NCBI GenBank assembly: GCA_045595605.1 | Contig: JAZOAS010000151.1 | Span: 1 to 40,970 of the forward strand | Length of the DNA: 40,970 bases | Origin: Eubacteriales bacterium | GTDB taxonomy: Bacteria; Bacillota; Clostridia; Oscillospirales; JAAYXM01 | Direction of reading: 5' to 3' | Shown: positions 28,506 through 35,461 of the stretch, piece after piece | Position numbering within the stretch: position 1 is the stretch's first letter | Layout: each line of letters begins with the position of its first letter | The notes under the pieces: generated by a model | Database searches by the model: none | What the model saw: only the letters and a program-made list of their open reading frames with translations | Told to the model about the DNA's origin: nothing | Translations under genes and position numbers: made by a program

Positions 28506-28766
28506 TTGCCCAATATTAAATCTGCTAAGAAGCGCGTTGAATTGACAAAAGTCTATGCAGCCCGCAACCAACCCGCCAAGTCGCAGCTTAAATCATCACT
28601 TAAAAAGTGCGAGGCCGCTATCGAGGGCGGCATCGACGCTCCGGCCGCTTACAATACTGCAGCTCAGAGCATTGACACAGCAGTTCGCAAGGGTATTATC
28701 CATAAGAACTGTGCAGCTCGCAAGAAGAGCCGTCTTGCTAAGAAGGCAAACGCTGCAAAAGCTTAA
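28506..28766 (+). CDS. rpsT: 30S ribosomal protein S20
   Basis: PNIKSAKKRV is the hallmark S20 N-terminus. TTG 28506 lies 8 nt after AAGGAGG, so it is preferred over the track's GTG at 28497. Confidence 0.9.
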   Translation: MPNIKSAKKRVELTKVYAARNQPAKSQLKSSLKKCEAAIEGGIDAPAAYNTAAQSIDTAVRKGIIHKNCAARKKSRLAKKANAAKA

Positions 28767-28792
28767 GCTAATTTAACATTGACATAAAAAAA

Positions 28793-28817
28793 CCTGCAGA
28801 ATACTGCGGGTTTTTTT
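28793..28817 (+). terminator. intrinsic terminator after rpsT
   Basis: CCTGCAG-aata-CTGCGGG followed by T7. Confidence 0.75.
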
Positions 28818-28879
28818 ATGCTTTATAGACATTTTATAAGTACAATTTGTGAATTTTTTGGCACAATATGGCGTAAAGC

Positions 28880-28908
28880 TTGCAAGAAGTAAGATTTTGT
28901 TGTAAAAT
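28880..28908 (+). promoter_or_regulatory. putative sigma-A promoter for the rnf-like operon
   Basis: TTGCAA-17 nt-TAAAAT, about 40 nt upstream of rnfC. Confidence 0.5.
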
Positions 28909-28947
28909 AATTGTGTATATACTAATGTAAAAACGGAGGTGAAGCGA

Positions 28948-30267
28948 ATGCCTGTTAACTTCAAAGGGGGAATTCATCCCGCGGGGAAAAAGACTGTGAT
29001 GATGAAAAAAGCCATAGAGGAAATGGACCCGCCTTCAGAAATTGTGTTGCCGCTTCTTATGCATAAAGGAACTATCTGCAGCCCCATCGTTGAGGTGGGG
29101 GACCGCGTAAGGCTCGGTCAGAAGGTTGCAGAGAGTACGGCGGCACTGTCCGCGCCGATATTCTCATCCGTATCCGGAACCGTTACGGAAATTTCTCCGC
29201 GCCTGCACCCTTGCGGTGAGGAGATTTTATCCGTTGTAATAAAAAATGATTTTGAGGACGAGGGTGTAGAGCTTCCCGAAGTTCACGACAGATTCCGTAC
29301 TCTTGATGCGGCAGAGCTTGCTCTTGTGGCAAGAGACGCGGGCATCGTAGGTCTTGGCGGAAGTGCTTATCCGTTGTCTGAGAAGCTTCTTGCATCAAAC
29401 GGTGAGGTTGACACTCTTATTATAAACGGCGCGGAATGTGAGCCGTACATAAGTGCAGACAACCGCGTTATGATTGAATATACGGAAGACCTTTACGAGG
29501 GAACTTCTGCTATTGCCCATGCGCTCGGAATAAAGAATGTCTGGATTGCGGTACAGTCGGATAAGGCGGGCGCGATTGCAGAGCTTCGAAGATTTCTTGC
29601 AAAGAAGCCCGGCATCAAGCTTTGCATAGTTCACACGAAGTATCCGCAGGGCTCGGAACGCCACCTTATAGAAGCTGTAACGGGAAGAAAAGTTCCGGCA
29701 GATAAGACCGCTGTTGATGCGCGCGTTATCACGGTGAATGTTTCGACTGCCGTTGCGCTTTCCCACGCGATAAAGGACGGAACACCGCTCACGACGAGAG
29801 TTGTCACGGTTGCGGGAAGCGCGGTTGCAAACCCGAAAAACCTCCTTGTAAGGATTGGTACTCCGATAAGTGAGCTTTTCAAGGCTTGCGGAGGCTTTCT
29901 TGAACACCCTGACAAGATAATAATGGGCGGACCGATGATGGGGTTTGCGCAAAGCTCACTTTCTGTTCCTGTTATAAAGGGGACAAACGGCCTTCTCGCA
30001 TTCTCGCGTGGCGAGGGCGAGAGCAAAAGGCAGACAAGCTGTATCCGCTGCGGAAAGTGTGTCGGCGTGTGCCCGATGAAGCTTGAACCGCTCTTTATAC
30101 ACCGCGCGTACAAGTTTGGTGACCTTCCCGAGTGCCACGAGTATAATGTGGAAGATTGCATCGAATGTGGCTCGTGCGCGTATGTATGTCCCGCAAACAT
30201 TCCGCTCGTTTCGGAATTCCGTGAAATAAAGAATAAGCTTTCGGAGGAGGATACAAATGAAGATTGA
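28948..30267 (+). CDS. rnfC: Rnf electron transport complex subunit C (divergent nucleotide/FMN loop)
   Basis: Contains FKGGIHP near the N-terminus, INGAECEPYISAD, and two ferredoxin motifs CIRCGKCVGVCP and CIECGSCAYVCP. Start is at ATG 28948, 8 nt after GGAGG. Confidence 0.9.
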   Translation: MPVNFKGGIHPAGKKTVMMKKAIEEMDPPSEIVLPLLMHKGTICSPIVEVGDRVRLGQKVAESTAALSAPIFSSVSGTVTEISPRLHPCGEEILSVVIKNDFEDEGVELPEVHDRFRTLDAAELALVARDAGIVGLGGSAYPLSEKLLASNGEVDTLIINGAECEPYISADNRVMIEYTEDLYEGTSAIAHALGIKNVWIAVQSDKAGAIAELRRFLAKKPGIKLCIVHTKYPQGSERHLIEAVTGRKVPADKTAVDARVITVNVSTAVALSHAIKDGTPLTTRVVTVAGSAVANPKNLLVRIGTPISELFKACGGFLEHPDKIIMGGPMMGFAQSSLSVPVIKGTNGLLAFSRGEGESKRQTSCIRCGKCVGVCPMKLEPLFIHRAYKFGDLPECHEYNVEDCIECGSCAYVCPANIPLVSEFREIKNKLSEEDTNED

Positions 30268-31312
30268 TACAAAGCGCTTATTCGTGTCCTCATCTCCGCA
30301 TATCCGTACGGATGACGACACCCGCTCAATAATGTTTGATGTTATCGTTGCGCTTGCGTTCCCGCTTATTATGGCGATTTACTTTTTTGGTTGGCGCGCG
30401 CTTGTGCTTACGGTAATTTCGATTGTTTCTTCTGTTTTGTTTGAGTTTCTCTTCTGCAAAATGGTTAAGAAAGACTCAACGACGAGAGACCTCTCGGCAG
30501 TTGTAACAGGGCTTCTTCTCGCGCTCTGTCTTCCTGTTTCGGTTCCGCTATGGATGCCGGTCGTCGGAAGCTTTTTTGCGATTGTCGTTGTAAAGAACCT
30601 CTACGGAGGTCTTGGTAAGAACTTTTTAAACCCCGCGCTTTCGGCACAGGCGTGTCTCTTCTCATGGCCTGCGCTTATGTCGCTCTGGACAAAGCCGAAT
30701 CTCGGCGCAAATGCGCTTTCAGCATTTGGCAACATCACGCGTGAAAAGCTTACGGCTGATGTTATCGCGTCCGTAACCCCGCTTGCGAAGATGAAGCTCG
30801 GATACCTTCCGACTGCGGCTATGGGGGATGTTGATGTCATCTCGCGCCTTCGCGATGTTGCAATGGGAAACGTTGCAGGTTCAATGGGCGAGGTATCGGC
30901 AGTTGTTATTATTGCGGCTGCAATATACCTTCTCATCCGTCGCGTTATCACGATACACATCCCCGCATCCTATGTTCTTACGGTTGCGCTCCTTACATTT
31001 ATCTTCCCACTCGGTGGAAATCCGAACCTTATCTGGTCGCTTTTCAGCGTCCTTTCGGGAGGACTTTTGTTCGGTGCTGTGTTCATGGCAACTGACTATG
31101 CGACAAGTCCCGCAACTCCGCGCGGAAGAATAGTTTACGGAATCGGTTGCGGTGTGCTGACATTTGTGCTTCGCTATTTTGGCGCGTACAACGAGGGTGT
31201 AACCTTTGCAATTCTGATTATGAATCTTATGACATTCTTCATAGAGCGCGTATGTCGTGGTCGAAGATATGGCGTTGAAAAGACAAAGGCAGGTGCTGAA
31301 AATGAAGAATAA
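30257..31312 (+). CDS. rnfD: Rnf complex subunit D
   Basis: 351-aa polytopic protein with SSSPHI, LSAVVTGLLLAL, NFLNPAL, GSMGEVS and FMATDYATSP blocks of the RnfD/NqrB family. Confidence 0.9.
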   Translation: MKIDTKRLFVSSSPHIRTDDDTRSIMFDVIVALAFPLIMAIYFFGWRALVLTVISIVSSVLFEFLFCKMVKKDSTTRDLSAVVTGLLLALCLPVSVPLWMPVVGSFFAIVVVKNLYGGLGKNFLNPALSAQACLFSWPALMSLWTKPNLGANALSAFGNITREKLTADVIASVTPLAKMKLGYLPTAAMGDVDVISRLRDVAMGNVAGSMGEVSAVVIIAAAIYLLIRRVITIHIPASYVLTVALLTFIFPLGGNPNLIWSLFSVLSGGLLFGAVFMATDYATSPATPRGRIVYGIGCGVLTFVLRYFGAYNEGVTFAILIMNLMTFFIERVCRGRRYGVEKTKAGAENEE

Positions 31313-32015
31313 AAAGTTTTCGTTCCCGAAAATCTCTTTTAAAGAGGTATCTGCCGAAAAGAAAAAAGAGGTTTTAAAGGCAACGCTTACTGTTTCAGTA
31401 GTGGCGATTGCAGCTGCGATTGTCCTTGGTGGAGTGTCAAATCTCCTCGGTGGGATTACTCTTAAAAATGCAGACAGGCGAGTCTATGATGCTATGGAAC
31501 GCCTTATGCCCGATGCAGCTTATGAAAAAATGACACCGCAGTTTGACTCTGCGGTAGCCATTGACGCTTTGTATGAAGTGAAGAAAGACGGAGAGTCTGC
31601 AGGATACTGTGTAAAGACATCTGCCAAGGGCTATGAAAACCCGATTGAGATTCTCGTTGCGATTGATGCAGAAGGGGCTGTTGCAGGCGTTGAGGTTTTG
31701 TCAATAGACGAAACAATCGGATACGGAAAAAATATCGAGAGTGAGGAATTCCTCTCTCAGTTCAAAGGCAAGAACGAGGAGCTTACGGTTGTAAGAGGAA
31801 AAGCCGATGTATCAAGTAAAATTTCGGCTGTGTCCGGTGCTACTGTTTCTTCAAATGCGGTTAAAGAGGGCGTAAACCACGCGCTCGCCGCAGTTTCTCA
31901 GCTTCGCGCAGATGCGGAAGAAAAAGCTGCGGCGGAAAAGGCTGCGGCAGAGGCAAAAGCGGCAGAAGAACTTCTGACAGCCGAGAATAATGCGGAAGGA
32001 GAGGTGGCACAATGA
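31302..32015 (+). CDS. rnfG: Rnf complex subunit G (FMN-binding), with Ala/Glu-rich C-terminal tail
   Basis: N-terminal TM anchor and an FMN_bind domain with the flavinylation motif SAVSGATVSS. Start is taken at ATG 31302 (MKNKKF), behind AGGTG, overlapping the rnfD end. Confidence 0.85.
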   Translation: MKNKKFSFPKISFKEVSAEKKKEVLKATLTVSVVAIAAAIVLGGVSNLLGGITLKNADRRVYDAMERLMPDAAYEKMTPQFDSAVAIDALYEVKKDGESAGYCVKTSAKGYENPIEILVAIDAEGAVAGVEVLSIDETIGYGKNIESEEFLSQFKGKNEELTVVRGKADVSSKISAVSGATVSSNAVKEGVNHALAAVSQLRADAEEKAAAEKAAAEAKAAEELLTAENNAEGEVAQ

Positions 32016-32617
32016 AGAAGATAATAGCTTTTCTTAAAAAGAGCGTGCTCCTTGAAAACCCCGCAATCACACTCTTCGCGGGAATAACTCCTGTTCTCGC
32101 GGTGTCAACGCGCCTTCTCGACGGTGTGTTTCTCGGGATTTCGGCGATCTTCTGTATAACAGTATCGTCACTTTTCTTCTGGATGCTCAAAAAAGTGATA
32201 CCTGAGAAGCTTTGCGATGTTGTATATATTCTTATAGTTGCGATAGTTGTTGGGCTGTGCGAGCTTCTGCTTCTTGCATTCTTGCCGTCAATTTACAAAA
32301 ACCTCGGGATATATCTGCCGCTTCTCGCGGTAAGCGGGCTTGTATTCTCCCGTTCTAAGAAGTTTTCAAAGGAAGAAAAACTCGGCAAAGCTCTTCTTGA
32401 GGGTCTTTCATGCGGAATAGGGTATTTTGTGCTTGCGGTGGCGCTTGCTCTCGTCCGTGAGTTTTTCGGCCGTGGCGCAGTGGCGGGCTTTGCGGTAATC
32501 CCTGAAAAGTACGCAATGTCACTTCTCATAAGCCCGGTTGGCGGATTTATGCTTTTTGGAATACTCATAGCTGTTTTCAGAAGCGTTTTTGCAAATAAGA
32601 GTGAGGGGGAAGAATAA
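32012..32617 (+). CDS. rnfE: RnfE-like membrane subunit (lacks canonical Cys ligands)
   Basis: 201-aa Rnf-Nqr family by overall pattern (LLENPA...LAVST, LPSIYKNLGIYLPLL, LEGLSCGIGY) and by its position between rnfG and rnfA. It overlaps the rnfG stop by 4 nt. Confidence 0.8.
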   Translation: MKKIIAFLKKSVLLENPAITLFAGITPVLAVSTRLLDGVFLGISAIFCITVSSLFFWMLKKVIPEKLCDVVYILIVAIVVGLCELLLLAFLPSIYKNLGIYLPLLAVSGLVFSRSKKFSKEEKLGKALLEGLSCGIGYFVLAVALALVREFFGRGAVAGFAVIPEKYAMSLLISPVGGFMLFGILIAVFRSVFANKSEGEE

Positions 32618-33181
32618 ATGGGAATATTTAAAATTTTATTTCTGAGCCTTGCGGCAGTTTTCTCCGAAAACCTGATATTTGCAAAATATCTCGGCTTCGA
32701 GCCGTTTCTGACCGAAACAAAAAACACAAAAACGGCAGTTTTGTCAGGACTTTCAATAACGCTTCTCACGGCTGTGACCTGCTTTGTGACAAGCCTTGTT
32801 GATATCTTGCTTCTCAAGCGTTTTTCAATAGAATATATGAGAACATTTGTGTTCGTACTCATTATGGTGGCCTTGTGGAAAGTTCTTGTATCGTGCCGCA
32901 GAAGGTTTAAATTTCAGCTTTCTTATGTTCTTTCAAGTACAGCAATTCTCGGAACCGCGCTTATAGTTTCTTCAAATGGATTCAATCCGTTTGAAGCTCT
33001 CGTTTACGGAATTTTTGCAGGGCTTGGATATATGCTTTCTTCATTTATCTTTGCCGAGATTCGTGCGCGACTTAAGTATTCAAATGTACCGAAGTTTTTT
33101 GAAGGCGTTCCGATTCTCCTCATTACGGCGGGGCTCATCGCTCTTGCGTTTGTAGGATTTCACGGAATGAAGTTTATGTAG
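32618..33181 (+). CDS. rnfA: RnfA-like membrane subunit (lacks canonical Cys ligands)
   Basis: 187-aa Rnf-Nqr family pattern (EYMRTFVFVLIMVAL, GIFAGLGYMLSSFIFAEIRARL, PILLITAGLIALAFVGF). Its ATG abuts the rnfE TAA. Confidence 0.8.
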   Translation: MGIFKILFLSLAAVFSENLIFAKYLGFEPFLTETKNTKTAVLSGLSITLLTAVTCFVTSLVDILLLKRFSIEYMRTFVFVLIMVALWKVLVSCRRRFKFQLSYVLSSTAILGTALIVSSNGFNPFEALVYGIFAGLGYMLSSFIFAEIRARLKYSNVPKFFEGVPILLITAGLIALAFVGFHGMKFM

Positions 33182-33192
33182 GAGGCAGAAAA

Positions 33193-33345
33193 ATGGAAGC
33201 CTTGATAAATATTGCAATCGCTCTTGCGGTGAGCGTTGTACTCGGCGCTGTCACAGGGGTTATCTTCGTTGCTTCAGACTCACCGAAGATAAAGAAAACA
33301 GAAGTGATAGAAGAGAAAGAGGAAAGTGCATCGGAGGTGCTCTGA
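33193..33345 (+). CDS. 50-aa single-pass membrane micro-ORF in the position of rnfB
   Basis: Absent from the track because it is under 60 aa. I translated it by hand: MEALINIAIALAVSVVLGAVTGVIFVASDSPKIKKTEVIEEKEESASEVL*. A strong AGGAGG lies 8 nt upstream, spanning the rnfA stop. Its TGA shares one nt with the next ATG. Confidence 0.45.
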   Translation: MEALINIAIALAVSVVLGAVTGVIFVASDSPKIKKTEVIEEKEESASEVL

Positions 33346-34379
33346 TGAAGAAACAGAGAAGATACAGAGGTTCAAAGCAGAGGGTCGGATTTCTCATTCC
33401 GTCTCTTGTTGCGCTTTGTCTCATCGCCGCCGGCGCTCTTTATGTCATAAACAACAATATGACATTTACAAAAGAAGGTTCGTTCTTCATTCCTGAAAAA
33501 GAAGAAACTCCGCAGGATGTGGAGACGAATCTGATAATCGAAGAGCCTGAAGAAGAGGAGAAGATTGAAGCTGTTATCCCTCAGACGCCGGTTGATAACG
33601 AAGCTTCAGGCGTCCGGGCTCTTTTTATCCCTGTCGGAAGTGTAAAGAGCCGTGAGCTATTTGATGCAGAGCTTATAAACGCAAGGAACATAAATGCGAA
33701 CATGCTCATCCTTGAGGTGAAAGCTGAGGACGGAACTCTCGCCTTTGCAACCAAGACGCGGATAGGTCAGAGTACGGGACTTGCCGGGGACAGCATAGCT
33801 CTTTCGGAGACTGTAAAGAGCGCGAAGGATGCAGGATATCGCGTGGCGCTTTATATGTCGTGCTTTAAAGATAATGAAGCGGCGCGAAAGAATCAGATTT
33901 ACTCTGTCCGTACGGCGAACAAGATAATCTGGCTTGACGGCGAGAATATGCGCTGGCTCTCGCCTTATTCGGCAGATGCAGAAGAGTATCTTGCCGAAAC
34001 CGTCCGTGAGCTTTCAGAGTTTGGACCTGATGAGATTATCCTTTCAAATGTATCTTTCCCGACATATGGAAAGACGGATATTATAGAATATGAAGACGGC
34101 GGAATTTCAAAAGAAAAGAAGCTTTCCGAATTTATTTCAAAAGTAGCGCAATCCGCAGGAAACATTCCCGTTTCTGCCGTGTATGAAAACTATAAAGGAA
34201 ACGCGCTTTCAAGAAGCGGGCAGAGCACAAAGCTTTTCGCGGATAGCTTTACGACGGTTTATATAAACGAAAACGGCGGGAACAACACCGCAGCGTTTGA
34301 GGAGGTTAAAACTCAGTTTAAAAACGCGGTTCCGATTAAAGCATCTCCGTCAGGCGATGAATATGTAATTAAAAAATAA
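33345..34379 (+). CDS. membrane-anchored putative glycoside-hydrolase-like protein (DUF4015/GHL-type TIM barrel)
   Basis: 344 aa with an N-terminal anchor (GFLIPSLVALCLIAAGALYVI), an acidic linker, then the NINANMLILEVKAEDGTLAF pattern that I associate with the DUF4015 'putative glycoside hydrolase' family. The family call is from memory. Confidence 0.5.
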   Translation: MKKQRRYRGSKQRVGFLIPSLVALCLIAAGALYVINNNMTFTKEGSFFIPEKEETPQDVETNLIIEEPEEEEKIEAVIPQTPVDNEASGVRALFIPVGSVKSRELFDAELINARNINANMLILEVKAEDGTLAFATKTRIGQSTGLAGDSIALSETVKSAKDAGYRVALYMSCFKDNEAARKNQIYSVRTANKIIWLDGENMRWLSPYSADAEEYLAETVRELSEFGPDEIILSNVSFPTYGKTDIIEYEDGGISKEKKLSEFISKVAQSAGNIPVSAVYENYKGNALSRSGQSTKLFADSFTTVYINENGGNNTAAFEEVKTQFKNAVPIKASPSGDEYVIKK

Positions 34380-34383
34380 GAAA

Positions 34384-34410
34384 AATGCGAGGTAGAAGCT
34401 ACCTCGCATT
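34384..34410. terminator. bidirectional terminator (end of rnf-like operon / end of minus-strand deacetylase)
   Basis: 12-bp stem AATGCGAGGTAG / CTACCTCGCATT with loop aag. Its right arm overlaps the last codons of the 34399-35256 gene. Confidence 0.7.
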
Positions 34411-35256
34411 TTCTGCTTTATTGAGAATTTTTGTTATATCCCGACCGTGAGCGCGGTTGTAGCGTTTTATGTCAAAAAGCTCGTTTTTATCTCCGCTCAA
34501 AAGGTTAATTTCCTCATATGTGCCAAGCGATGCGGAGAAACCGTGCTCTATTATCATTTCGCGAAGTGTGTCATTTGTCCCGCCGTATGGGTAAGTAAAG
34601 CATATGGGAGAGAAACCTAAGTTTTCTTCAAAGACGCTTTGGGAGTGCACAATGTCATCGTGCATTACTGTTTTGTAGTGTTCCTCTGCCTCGCCGTTTA
34701 TTTTGAGGCAACCGTGGCGGTCATCGAGCGAGTGCATATTGTAGGAATGGTTCTGAAATTCGCAAAGGCCGGATGATGCCATTTCCTTTATCTCATCCCA
34801 CGAAAGATGCGCATAGTTTATATGCCTGTCTATCCCGGGAGTGGAATATCTGTCAGTGTATGCGCCGACAACAGAAAAAACAGCCTTCATATTGTATTTT
34901 TTGAGAAGCGGGAAGACATTACGGTAGTCCGTGAGATAACCGTCGTCGAAGGTGAGCATAACAGGCTTCTTCGGGAGTGCGCGCTTTCCGTCGCAGAAGT
35001 CTTTTAAGTCTTTGAGCGTAACGGTTTCATACCCGCGCTCTGAAAGAAGTCTGAGGTCAGCTTCAAGCTCGCGGGGAGATATGACATATTTGCCAAGCTT
35101 TTTCGGAAGATCAAGCACCTGATGGTACATAAGCACAGGAAGCGATACGCGCTCGTCGAGATATGAGAGTGCATCTTTTTCCGTCGGCGCGAAAAGCGAG
35201 GAGAGCGTTATTACCGCCGCGAATATTAGAAAAAAGGACTGTCGGATATATTTCAT
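34399..35256 (-). CDS. polysaccharide deacetylase family protein (NodB domain), secreted or anchored
   Basis: 285 aa with a signal/anchor, then LTFDDGYLTDYRNVFPLLKKYNMKAVFSVVG and a later HSYNMH motif. Confidence 0.8.
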   Translation of the reverse strand: MKYIRQSFFLIFAAVITLSSLFAPTEKDALSYLDERVSLPVLMYHQVLDLPKKLGKYVISPRELEADLRLLSERGYETVTLKDLKDFCDGKRALPKKPVMLTFDDGYLTDYRNVFPLLKKYNMKAVFSVVGAYTDRYSTPGIDRHINYAHLSWDEIKEMASSGLCEFQNHSYNMHSLDDRHGCLKINGEAEEHYKTVMHDDIVHSQSVFEENLGFSPICFTYPYGGTNDTLREMIIEHGFSASLGTYEEINLLSGDKNELFDIKRYNRAHGRDITKILNKAENAR

Positions 35257-35378
35257 ATTTTCACCTCTTATGAAGTATCATATAAAGTATATTACGAGGA
35301 ATAATAGAGTATGACGGTGTGTAAATTAAAGTTGGCAAAATGTACAAAAAAACAGTATATTTTTGGTTAATGCTTACA

Positions 35379-35407
35379 TTGAATACAAAGACACAAAATG
35401 TTATAAT
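35379..35407 (+). promoter_or_regulatory. sigma-A promoter (extended -10) for malic enzyme gene
   Basis: TTGAAT-17 nt-TATAAT, preceded by TGt. Confidence 0.55.
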
Positions 35408-35461
35408 ACCATACAGAAATAATGGCACATCTTGTGTTTTTTTGAAAGGAAGAAATTAAAT

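Noticed and set aside
28847-28866. TTGTGAATTTTTTGGCACAA palindrome upstream of the rnf promoter, considered as a Rex or CRP/FNR-type operator.
   Set aside because: The half-sites resemble TGTGA/TCACA, but the GTG-to-CAC centre distance is 13 nt rather than the 11 nt of Rex (TTGTGAA-N4-TTCACAA) and CRP/FNR (TGTGA-N6-TCACA) consensus sites as I recall them. The right half is GGCACAA, not TTCACAA. That is not enough to call.
29631-30329. Long antisense or alternative-frame ORFs inside well-supported genes. Examples: 29631-30329(-), 29395-29952(-), 26182-26874(+), 32293-32862(-), 7374-7955(-), 21620-22090(+), 35623-36087(-), 13834-14361(-), 16643-17032(-) and 3657-4067(-).
   Set aside because: Each lies wholly within a gene that has strong family motifs on the other strand or frame. 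Their translations are low-complexity (Ser/Arg/Pro-rich), with no motif, no RBS and no independent promoter. They are typical shadow ORFs.
35408-35461. CACA-tct-TGTG followed by T7 in the malic enzyme 5' UTR, considered as an attenuator or riboswitch terminator.
   Set aside because: The stem is only 4 bp and there is no upstream conserved aptamer-like structure. It is too weak to call.
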